DNA from: Macrostomum lignano
Taxonomy: Eukaryota
Direction: 5' to 3'
Assembly: GCA_002269645.1 (NCBI GenBank)
Contig: NIVC01004282.1
Location: 1-34,726 of the forward strand
Length of the DNA: 34,726 nt
Positions 22,444 to 32,983 of this stretch are shown piece after piece. The translations under genes were made by a program, and so were the position numbers. How positions within the stretch are numbered: the first letter of the stretch is position 1; every line of letters begins with the position of its first letter. The notes below the pieces were generated by a model that was given only the letters and a program-made list of their open reading frames with translations, was not told the origin of the DNA and did not search any database.

Positions 22444-22671
22444 CAGTTTGAACTAAATTTACAAAAATTTTCACTGCGATCCTGTGGTAATAAACCTATT
22501 TGTCCTGCTAGGTTGATATAGTCATTTTTAGAATAGAAAATCTTCTGTTGTCCGGAGTTAATTGCTGTGTTTTTGTTCTTGGTCTTGACTTGATATATAG
22601 GGCCTGGGCAAAATAAGTATCCTAATCCTAGGAGTAAGGACCTAGTCATTCCTATTATTTATAAAATAATT

Positions 22672-22910
22672 ATGACTAAACTATCGCCTAGTCCTTTCAA
22701 CACTATGAGCTCGCCTTGGATGAAATCTACTACCTATTATGTTAATCCAACATCATCCGTTCCAGTTCCAGCTATTTATCCAACAGCAACGTGGAATAAT
22801 AAAGTAAACTCTTTTGTTCTAGAAAACAAACAAACACTACTAAAAAGTGCAGTGATTTTATGTGTTCTTACAGCCCTTGTGCTGTTGTTCTTTGTTGCCA
22901 AGTCTGTCAT
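22672..22910 (+). CDS. FAM174: FAM174-like (DUF1180) membrane protein: S/T/P-rich ectodomain plus TM exon
   Basis: MTKLSPSPF...TLLKSAVILCVLTALVLLFFVAKSV; phase-2 donor AT|gtaagt joins 32818 in frame. True start uncertain. Confidence 0.7.
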
Positions 22911-23647
22911 GTAAGTTGTAAAATATTGTTCTTATACATTGGCAACATTGATTGATTTTTAGTTTTGGAGTACTTAGGCTATTCATTTTAGAAATGGCAA
23001 CTATGTCTATAAGGTTCAAGCTTATAGGCACATCTGCAGTGCCATGTATGTTGTAAGCACATATGGTACAATTGCTTTAATTTTTGGCAATAAAGAGACT
23101 GCCACTGTTTCCAATGTTGAATGGATTGTATAGGCCTAGGCCTAATAGGGACATAGCCACCCTCTAGGCCTTGTTTTTCATAGTCAGGAAGGTGCCCTTT
23201 TTGCTTGAAAATTCCAGTGTGCATTAGCCCTTCATAGTTCATTTGGTATGCATGTTTGGCATGCTTAAATCTTAAAAAAAATTATTTGGCATATTTTATA
23301 CAAAGCAAACCACTTTTTTAGCATATAAAAAGTGGTATACAAAGCTATTTGAAAATAAGTGCAAGTTTCTATAACAAAGATAAAACATTTCAAAGAAAAA
23401 GGTTGCAGTTAAGAGATGACGGATGATGGGAGTGCAAATAAAAAAAAGAATAAATATTAATTGGATATAAAAATATAATGATTTAAAGAATTTAAGTATC
23501 AGAACTTTGCACAAGTATGTAACTACAAATTATTTATAAAGGAAAAATAGACACAACACTTATTTTGTTATATATAAATATCAAATGTAACAATAGAAAA
23601 AAGGTCTATTATTATTGCAGCACAAAAGTAAAGTTGCATAATTTTAA

Positions 23648-24335
23648 GGCAGTGCTTATCCCCACGGTACCGTAGGAATAATTTCTGTCTTATTCCAACG
23701 GTACCGTGCGAATAATTTTCTGCTTATCCGCACGGCACACTGAGGAGATAGCTGCCCTATCTTCTACATATGCCGTGCGAATAATTTTCTGCTTATCCGC
23801 ACGGCACATTGACGAGATAGCTGCCCTATCTTCTACATATGCCGTGTTGTGGGAAGTTTAGTACATACGATTTGAGTGCAGTATAACAACATAACTTGGC
23901 TTGAACATTTGTTCTAAAGAAATAAAGATTTTTTCTATGAGAAAGAATTTTTTTGTGTAGTAACAAATGATTTAAATTAAATTAACTCTAAGAATTGTTT
24001 ATTATTTAAATTTTTAGCAAAGTCTAATCTGATCTCGCCGTGATTTATATAGTCCATTGCCGCTTCCGTAGAATTTTACTACTCATTTGAATTCGCATGA
24101 TTCATATTCATATTGTGGACAAGCAGAAAATTATTCGCACGGCATATGTAGAAGATGGCCAGCTATCTCGTCAGTGTGCCGTGCGGATAAGCAGAAAATT
24201 ATTCGCACGGCATATGTAGAAGATAGGGCAGCTATCTCCTCAGTGTGCCGTGCGGATAAGCAGAAAATTAATCGCATGGTACCGTTGGAATAAGACAGAA
24301 ATTATTCCTATGGTACCGTGGGGATAAGCAGTGCC
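23648..24335. mobile_element. Non-autonomous Mutator-like foldback element/MITE, 688 bp
   Basis: About 198-bp TIRs (23648-23846, 24138-24335) starting GGCA with internal 69-bp tandem units; perfect 9-bp TSD taattttaa (23639-23647, 24336-24344). Confidence 0.9.
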
Positions 24336-24789
24336 TAATTTTAAACTTTTGTTATAAATAATAGGCCTAGTCAATTCCAATTTTTAGCATATTTGGCATA
24401 CATAGAGACTTCTTCCCACATTTAATTCTAGTATACACATGCCACCTTCCTGACTATGGTATGTCTTTAAGTATAAATTCATTAATGATATAGCTACTAA
24501 TACTATATAGACTTCATTAACATGGCTGCTATTTCTACTGAGAGACATTCTAGATATTGTTTAAGATATGGCCACCATGTCTATAAAGCTCTAATATTAT
24601 AGGCAAAGGCACAATGGTCTAGCCATGTCTATATTGTAGCATGGACTTAATTATTATTAGAGGAATGATCATTGTTTATATGTATTTTTTTATTATAAAC
24701 ATAGCCAACATGTCTTTAAATATGGCATTTTAGTTTTATAGGCTTAGCCTTTTATATAGATTATTCTTTTATATAAAGCTTTAGTTCTA

Positions 24790-25576
24790 GGCTCATTCCA
24801 TATAAGATGGACATTTTTGGAAAATAGAAAAAAGTCAATATTTTTGCTTGCCATTGCCTTATCAGCCAATTTTTTTACCAAATGTTTTTTATGTGTAATA
24901 TCTACAATCTAAGAATAAATGAATGATAAAATGTTAGATTAGTATGTTATCAAGTGGCAAAAAGTCATTTTTGTAAAAATTTAGACATTTTTCTAAGCAA
25001 AAGACATCATTAAGTTTGTGTACCTTTTAAAAACAAATAGAAAGCTTTGGAAGGTTGAAACAAACTATAGATAAAAGTATAGTACTTGCATCATCAGATA
25101 AAAGTATTGGTGACCAAATAATCTATTATATTTTTAATATATTGGTACCTCAAAGTTACTGAATTGACAGAAAAAAATATGTTACGACCATAATGTTACA
25201 ACCATAAGGCTGCCTTTTCTTTTGTATCTTTGTTGCCTTTTTGAGTTTATATATTCTACAAAAAGAGTATGATTTCTAAAGATGTTCTGAGTCAAATTTT
25301 AAAAAATGTACAGCAAAATATCAAAAATAAAAATGTTATAAGACTTTTACCTTTTAGTTTCTATATGTCAAAAATCCTGTTGTTACGACCATAAGTGCCA
25401 TTCAAGGTTTAATAGCATCTATACTAATGATGATATCTACATGAAACTCTATAAAAATATTTTTGACAAAATTATCTTTCATTTAAAATATTGGTTTAGT
25501 ATATTCTATTATTATATTTCATTTTATAAGTAAAAATAGCCTGTCATGTTACGACCATGCTTATATGGAATGAGCC
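24790..25576. mobile_element. Non-autonomous DNA transposon (MITE), 787 bp, superfamily uncertain
   Basis: Perfect 17-bp TIR GGCTCATTCCATATAAG (24790-24806 / 25560-25576); 4-bp TSD tcta; internal gttacgaccat repeats at about 25181, 25382 and 25548. Confidence 0.8.
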
Positions 25577-26149
25577 TCTAGTAATAAATGTAATTCTATT
25601 TCAAGACAATAATGAATAAGCTTTAATATTAATATATTTTTACTTTTTATAGCTTAGCCCATGCCTAGATTTCCTATATACTAAAAATGAGTTGTCTGTG
25701 GGTATGTGGGTATGCGATAGATTTCAGAAAAATAAACTCAACCGATTTTCTTCAAACTTGCACCATTCGATCAAAAATTTTCCTGGGACGGTACATGCAT
25801 CTTGGCTAAGAAATTGCTCAATGTTAAAGGGATTAAATATTCGAAAAACATGCTTTTTTGCAAAGGTCAAGCAGCTCTTTCGACCTGAAATGCATTGTAA
25901 GAATGCTAGAGAAAAAACTGACTGACTGAATTCCGATTGTGATAAAGATTGCATCACAACAAGTTGAAAACAGTGCTGAAGAAATGCACACACAACTTGA
26001 TTTAAATTGCGTAACCATATTGCTAACTTAAATTGAGACTGATACTGGCTGACTGAGAAATTGATTATGTCATAACTTTTTACTCCAATTGACTTGCTGT
26101 AAGAATTGAATTATAAGGGCCACAATTCATGTTCTCCAATTGAAAAGAG

Positions 26150-26230
26150 ATAGCCCTGATGCGAACAGACTGGAATGCTAATGTAGCGACCTGGGTTCGA
26201 ATCTTAGTAGTGCAAAAAGATTTTTTTTAT
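26150..26230 (+). other. Degenerate tRNA/SINE-like remnant
   Basis: B-box-like gggttcgaatc near 26191-26202 followed by a T-run; no convincing cloverleaf. Confidence 0.3.
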
Positions 26231-26261
26231 TAAAACACTTTAAAAACACAACAAAACTGCT

Positions 26262-29180
26262 AAACATCAAAGAAGCGCAATGTCAAACATAGAAGAGCCA
26301 ACATATCGAACATAAGAGTTACCATGTCAAACATAAAAGAGCTACCATGTCGAACATTAAAGAGCCACCATGTCAAACATTTCGGAGCCACCATGTCAAA
26401 CATTAAGAGCCACCATGTCAAACATTTAGGAGCCACAATGTCAAACATATATGTGACTTTATGTCAAATATTAAAGAGCCACCATGTGGAACATTAAAGA
26501 GCCACTATATCAAACATTTAAGAGCCACCATGTCAAACCTAAAAAGAGCCACCATGTCGAACATAAAAGAGCCACCATTTCAAACATTGAAGAGCCACCA
26601 TTTCAAACATTGAAGAGCCACCATTTCAAACATTAAAGAGCCACCATGTCAAACAATTAAAAGCCAGCATGTCAAACATAAAAGAGCCACTTTGTCGAAC
26701 ACTAAAGAGCCACCATGTCAAACATAAAAGAGACAACATGTCAGACATTAAAAAGCCACCGTATCAAACATAAAAGAGTTACCATGTAGAACATTAAAGA
26801 GCCACCATGTTGAACATTAAAGAGCCACCATTTCAAGCATTTAGAGCCACCATGTCAAAGATTTAAGAGCCACCATGTCAAACATTTAAGAGCCACCATG
26901 TCAAACATAAAAGAGCCACCATTTCAAACATTGAAGAGCCACCATTTCGAACATTGAAGAGCCACCATTTCGAACATTAAAGAGCCACCATGTCAAACAT
27001 ATATGTGACTTTATGTCAAACATTAAAGAGCCACCACGTCGAACATTAAACAGCCACCATGTCAAACATAAAAGAGCCACCATGTAAAACATTAAAGAGC
27101 CACCATGTCAAACATTTAAGAGCCACCATGTCAAACATAATAGAGCCAAAATTTCGAACATTAAAGAGCCACCATTTCGAACATTTAAGAGCCACCATTT
27201 TGAACATTAAAGAGCCACCATTTCGAACATTTAAGAGCCACCATTTTGAACATTAAAGAGCCACCATGTCAAACATTAAAGAGCCACCATGTCAAACATA
27301 AAGAGCCACCATGTCAAAAATTTAGGAGCCACCATGTCAAACATATATGTGACTTTATGTCAAACATTAAAGAGCCACCATTTCGAACATTAAAGAGCCA
27401 CCATGTCAAACAATTAAAAGCCAGCATGTCAAACATAAAAGAGCCACTTTGTCGAACACTAAAGAGCCACCATGTCAAACATAAAAGAGACAACATGTCA
27501 GACATTAAAAAGCCACCGTATCAAACATAAAAGAGTTACCATGTAAAACATTAAAGAGCCACCATGTCGAACATTAAAGAGCCACCATTTCAAACATTTA
27601 GAGCCACCATGTCAAAGATTTAAGAGCCACCATGTCAAACATTTAAGAGCCACCATGTCAAACATAAAAGAGCCACCATTTCAAACATTGAAGAGCCACC
27701 ATTTCAAACATTGAAGAGCCACCATTTCGAACATTAAAGAGCCACCATGTCAAACATATATGTGACTTTATGTCAAACATTAAAGAGCCACCACGTCGAA
27801 CATTAAACAGCCACCATGTCAAACATAAAAGAGCCACCATGTAAAACATTAAAGAGCCACCATGTCAAACATATATGTGACTTTATGTCAAACATAAAAG
27901 AGCCACCATGTCAAGCATAAAAAAGCCACCATGTCAAGCAGAAAAGAGCCACCATGTAAAACATTGAAGAGCCACCATGTCGAACATTAAAGAGCCACCA
28001 TGTCCAACATATATGTGACTCCATGTCAGACATTAAAGAGCCATCAAGTCAAACACTAAAGAGCCATCATTGCAGACAGTAAAGTGCCACCAGGTCAACA
28101 TTAAAGAGCCACCATGTCAAAAATTAAAGAGCCACCATGTCTAACATTAAAGAGCCACCATGTCAAAAATTAAAGAGCCACCATGTCGAACATTAAAGAG
28201 CCACCATGTCTAACATTAAAGAGCCACCATGTCTAACATTAAAGAGCCACCATATCAAAAATTAAAGAGGCACCATGTCGAACATTAAAGAGCCACCATT
28301 TCAAACATTAAAGAGCCATCATTACAATAAGGTGCCACCAGGTCAAACATTAAAGAGCCACCATGTCTAACATTATAGAGCCACCATGTCGAACATTAAC
28401 TAGTCATCATGTCAAGTATATTCGTGACTCCATGTCAAACATTAAAGAGCTACCATGAAGAACATTAAAGAGCCATCATGTCAAACATAGAAGAGCCACC
28501 ATGTCAAACATTAAAGAGCCACCATGTCTAACATTAAAGAGCCACCATGTCTTACATTAAAGAGCCACCATGTCTAATATTAAAGAGCCACCATGTCGAA
28601 CATTAAAGAACCACCATGTCTAACATTATAGAGTCACCATGTCGAACATTAAAGAGCCACCATGTCGAACATTAAAGAACCACCATGTCTAACATTATAA
28701 AGTCACCATGTCGAACATTAAAGAGCCACCATTTCAAACATTAAAGAGCCACCATGTCAAACATTAAAGAGCCACCATGTCTAACATTATAGAGCCACCA
28801 TGTCAAACATTAAAGAGCCACCATGTCGAATATAAAAGAACCACCATGTCGAACATTAAAGAGCCACCATATCTAACATTAAAGAGCCACCATGTCAAAC
28901 ATAAAAGAGCCACCATGTCAAACATAAAAGAGCCACCATGTCAAACATATATGTGACTCCATGTCAAACAGTATAGAGCCACCATGTCAAACATTAAAGA
29001 GCCACCATGTCAAACATTAAAGAGCCGCAATGTCAAACATAAAAGAGCCACCATGTCAAACATTAAAGAGCCACAATGTCAAACATGAAAGAGCCACTAT
29101 GTCAAACAATAAAGAGACACCATGTCAGACATTAAAAAACCCCGAATCAAACATTAAAGAGCCACCATGTCAAACATAAA
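26262..29180. repeat. 23-bp satellite, about 127 diverged copies, with a 757-bp internal duplication
   Basis: Consensus aaagagccaccatgtc(a/g)aacatt; diagnostic variants recur 757 bp apart (26654 vs 27411; identical ORFs at 26901 and 27658). Confidence 0.97.
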
Positions 29181-29280
29181 ATTTACACAATTTCAAACGT
29201 AAAAGTAAGCGTCATGCCAATTTTAAAGGAGCCACTATAAAGCTAAGGAAATTGTAGCACTAGCTACTTATTGTATGGTG

Positions 29281-29520
29281 GATGCTTACTATTTGGGGAT
29301 GCTTGCTATCTGGGGGATGCTTGCTATCTGGGGGATGCTTGCTATCTGGGGATGCTTGCTATCTGGGGGATGCTTGCTATCTGGGGGATGCTTGCTATCT
29401 GGGGGATGCTTGCTATCCGGGAGGGGGAATGCTTGCTATCTGGGGGATGCTTGCTATCTGGGGATGCTTGCAATCTGGGGGATGCTTGCTATCTGGGGGA
29501 TGCTTGCTGTCTTGGGATGA
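29281..29520. repeat. 17-18-bp minisatellite, about 13 copies
   Basis: Unit atgcttgctatctgggg(g). Confidence 0.95.
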
Positions 29521-30008
29521 TTTCTTTTTGGATTACACTTTATTTGAGCAGTTTGTCTGTCGTCTTTGTGAGGCATTATTTGGCTGTCTTTTTGTTACTT
29601 GTAGAGAACAGAGATTCTATCCAGATGTCCCCCAACGGGGGCGAAGATTGCTAGTCATTCACTAAAAACAAGATATTAAAATAGTTAGACTCAAGTCATT
29701 CTAACAGTTGATTTACATATAAATTTTTGCAATAATTTTAATTTTAGGATTTTAGCAATAAATAAATATTTAAAGATAGAACTTGTGTGTAGGCTTATAT
29801 ACAAGAGACAATTATGTATTTATTTACATTTATATTAATAGGGGTCTTAATTCTTAGCTATAAAAATTGTTCTTTTTTATCCTATTACTATTATTAATCC
29901 TATTACTATTATTAAGATTGTACAAAAGGCTTTTATCCCTAACATTTTGTTTTTAATCTAAAATTATAAGGCTATTACTATCAAGGTTTGGTCTATTTTT
30001 GCAAAGGA

Positions 30009-30473
30009 CTAAATGAACTGTTCCACAATCTCTTCTTCCCGCTGTTCCAAAGTCATGTTTTGGAAGGCTCACAAAGCTAGCTCAATCAGGCAATTGGTAT
30101 ACGATTCTACTGGCTCATTCCTGCCCTGCATCTGGCCTCTAAATTCTTCCCTAAACTCTGCTGAACTGCCAATTCTGCCAAAGCATTCTACAAGTCTATC
30201 CTTAAACACTTCATATTCCAGATCATCTGGGAGGTTCAGACACTGCACTGCTGCAAACGCAGTAGCCAGGTCAAGGTTTGCGAGAAGCTCTTGCTTCTGG
30301 TGATCTTCTTTGATACCCTCAGCTTCACAGCGCTGGTCGAAGGCAGTCAACCAGATCCTGATATCTTGACCTGGCGTGAATTTCTAAATTTTTGCATGCC
30401 TTTGTGGACCTAACTCTAACCCGTTTCTTAGCTCTTCAGCTAGCATCACAATCGCATCATTTGCATTGGCCAT
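30009..30473 (-). pseudogene. Gypsy/Ty3 gag pseudogene (nonsense codons; no pol downstream)
   Basis: MANANDAIVMLAEEL...KI*KFTPGQDIRIWLTAFDQRCEA...FREEFRGQMQGRNEPVESYTNCLIELAL*AFQNMTLEQREEEIVEQFI*; retrotransposon gag/MHR-like QxxxExVxxY. Confidence 0.8.
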
Positions 30474-30542
30474 TTCTTACTTTCTAATTTCTTTTACTGT
30501 TTCTCTGATCTATTCAATTCTGGCAATTTCTCTGATTTTTTA

Positions 30543-30790
30543 CGCTGCCACCAAGGTTGACATAGGGCTACTTTTCTATTTCCTATTATTGAATATCCCA
30601 CCGCTGCCACCAAAGTTGACGTAGGGCTACTTTTCTATTTCCTATTATTGAATATCCCACCGCTGCCACCAAAGTTGACGTAGGGCTACTTTTCTATTTC
30701 CTATTATTGAATATTCCACCGCTGCCACCAAAGTTGATGTAGGGGTTACTTCTGTCTTTATAAATAATCTCATAATGCCATCAAAGTTGT
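30543..30790 (-). repeat. 59-bp tandem repeat containing a tRNA-Leu primer-binding site
   Basis: TGGTGGCAGCGGTGGGAT at 30595-30612 and 30654-30671, one mismatch at 30713-30730, 11-nt version at 30543-30553. Complement of the recalled tRNA-Leu(AAG) 3' end ATCCCACCGCTGCCA plus CCA. Confidence 0.85.
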
Positions 30791-31072
30791 GATAGGGGTG
30801 AGCTTCCCTCTATTGGTTAATGTACTTTCGTATCAATGTACTTATGCTTATTGGTAGCGTGCCTACTTCTATATTAGTAGCATCTGTACATGTACTGTAC
30901 TCTTTGGCCTGAGTGGTCTAATGGCACTGTCTACTTTATTTACTCCTATAAGTTTTCTCTCAGTCCTGGGCATTCATTGGATCAGAGGGTCATAGCCTTA
31001 TGTGTTTTCGCTGCCCTGAAGTGATTTTTCTGCCCTGAGGCACTTTCTCGCTGATTAGTGGGCTTTTCAACA
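30733..31072 (-). mobile_element. Putative 5' LTR of the Gypsy relic
   Basis: TGTTGA... at 31072, ...TCAAC at 30733 directly before the PBS; AATAAA at 30935-30940. No second LTR seen, so boundaries are tentative. Confidence 0.4.
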
Positions 31073-32817
31073 CTACTCACAATTTAGGGCTTTACTCTAG
31101 GAAATAAATAGGTCTTTAAAAGTTTTGCTAATAAGATTTGATTCTTAGATAGAAAATAGATTGTATTTTCATTTATATATTATTGAGTGTTTTATGTTTT
31201 ATTGATAAAATATACCTTGACAATGGCCTTAAAAGGTTGAAAAAATTGGTTTTGTATTGTCCATGTTGATTTTAAGCTTTATCTATATATTCTACATGTA
31301 CTAAAAGTCTAAGTACTATTCTAATGATCATTGTTTTTTTATAAATTATTCACTAACCACCTTGCATATATTTTTTGAAATATTAATAAACTTTTAACAT
31401 ATACTTTATATCTAATGCAATTAAAGGATTTGGAGGTGGTCATTATGCCATACTTTATGGTGCATGACCAAGATAGTCAAAGCTTTTAATGGTAACAGAA
31501 TAGAACATAGATAGGCCACTCTATGCAAACTATTAAAAATTTGAACCTACAAAGCTAGAAAAATTATTTAAGCTAACCACAGACACTGAGAGTTTAAGTT
31601 TTGTAACTATGGGGAATAGATATTCTTTTTTGTCATAGTAAGGAAAAATATATAGTTGTTAGCCATTTATATACATGAGCTGTACTCAATAGAAAATTAA
31701 TGATAAGGGTTTTAAACTTGCTTAGTTGCTATATGAGAGGCTGCAGCACCTATGTTTTATTGAAAGAATATATAGTTTGGAAGTTAACTATTCTAGCAAT
31801 GAGACAGCCTTTATTGTTATAGAGACAGTAAGAACTGACATAGGTGACATTAGCTTTGCAATTAGCAGCAATAGAATTGACAAGCCAAACAAAAAATCAA
31901 CCATCTACAGTGTAAGATGTAGTGTCATGCCAATATAGACTCAATACATAAATATATATAACATATATGGATTATCGTACAATGCACTTAATGCTTAAGC
32001 TATTGAAATTAAACTATATGTAGACAATGGTCACTAAAACTTTCAAGAGATACATTGGGTCTAATGGGCTCACCCAAGAAACCTGAGTGGTCCATCTAGG
32101 GAATAAACAATTTATATATTAGAATAGGTATATATTTCCTTTTTAATTTTTGTATAATTAATAACATCAAATATAGGAGACACAAAGGGTATGCCTCTAT
32201 CAATTTAGATTTTCTCTTTCTTTCTATGAGTAACACAATCAAAGCCAAAGTACCTTAGTAACCTGAACCATTAGTTCAATTTTTTAGATCTGAACCTGAT
32301 TATAAATAATTGATTTGGATATATAAATAAAAGTTTATAAATTATACATATAAACACAATAGATATTAAGTTGCAAATTAATAGTAAAGAGAGAAAATAT
32401 AATAGCAGTAGATCAAGTAGATATGATCATAGAACAATAAATTCTTTATCAAGGTAGATCAACCATTTCCAATATGGCTAGATTTAGATGAAATTGACAT
32501 TGCAAAGATGTTTTATCCTACTAAATGCTTCTAGTGTGGTGTTGATATATTTAAATAAATCTGGGTTGATACTGTATATATTAATGATAAATTTAAGTAT
32601 AGTTTTTAACAAAATTGCAATAATTATAATTTTTCTTCATATTGCACACGGTTCAACAAACTTTTTAGAACACTATTTATAAATGTTAAATAAAGCTTTG
32701 TAGGAATGGTTTTAATTCTTGCCAGTCGAGGTCTCTAAAATGCTTGTTTGTACCTGGTTCTATAATCTAATTGTCAGTCAGGACAGTAGTGTAGAACTTG
32801 CTTACAATTGCCAACAG

Positions 32818-32983
32818 GCTGCAGCGCCGGGCTAGCAAGTCTCGCCGCTACGGATTGGTTGACACCGACAAGCTGGAGATGCAGCGACTTGATGAAGACG
32901 ACGCAGACGACGAAGTGACCGTCTTCGATGCCAACGGAGGAGGCGGCGGCGGCAGGCTGGGCCGGTCGTTGGTTCGCAATTGA
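32818..32983 (+). CDS. FAM174: FAM174-like protein, terminal exon (cytoplasmic tail)
   Basis: ccaacag|G CTG CAG; LQRRASKSRRYGLVDTDKLEMQRLDEDDADDEVTVFDAN resembles the recalled FAM174A tail (K-T-R-R-Y-G ... M-E-L-x-P-L ... D-D-E-D-D ... T-L-F-D-A-N). Confidence 0.8.

Larger units (their letters stand above)
25672..29654 (+). mobile_element. Putative non-autonomous Helitron carrying tandem arrays
   Basis: 5' TCCTATATACTAAAAATGAG followed by gtctgtgggtatgt and accgatttt...aaacttgc (Helitron-like head); 3' hairpin ccccc-aac-ggggg (29629-29641) then CTAG|T (29651-29655). Linkage of the two ends is inferred. Confidence 0.55.

Noticed and set aside
22992-23133. In-phase alternative terminal exon after an 81-nt intron (NGNYVYKVQ...EWIV*)
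   Set aside because: Phase fits, but it lacks the conserved FAM174 tail and has no other support.
22443-23242. Compact head-to-head small ORFs resembling a viral or Polinton insert
   Set aside because: The plus ORF is better explained as a FAM174-like exon; the minus ORFs have no recognisable motifs.
31726-31938. 70-aa ORF in the large intron
   Set aside because: TTG start, no recognisable motif or splice context; probably decayed sequence.
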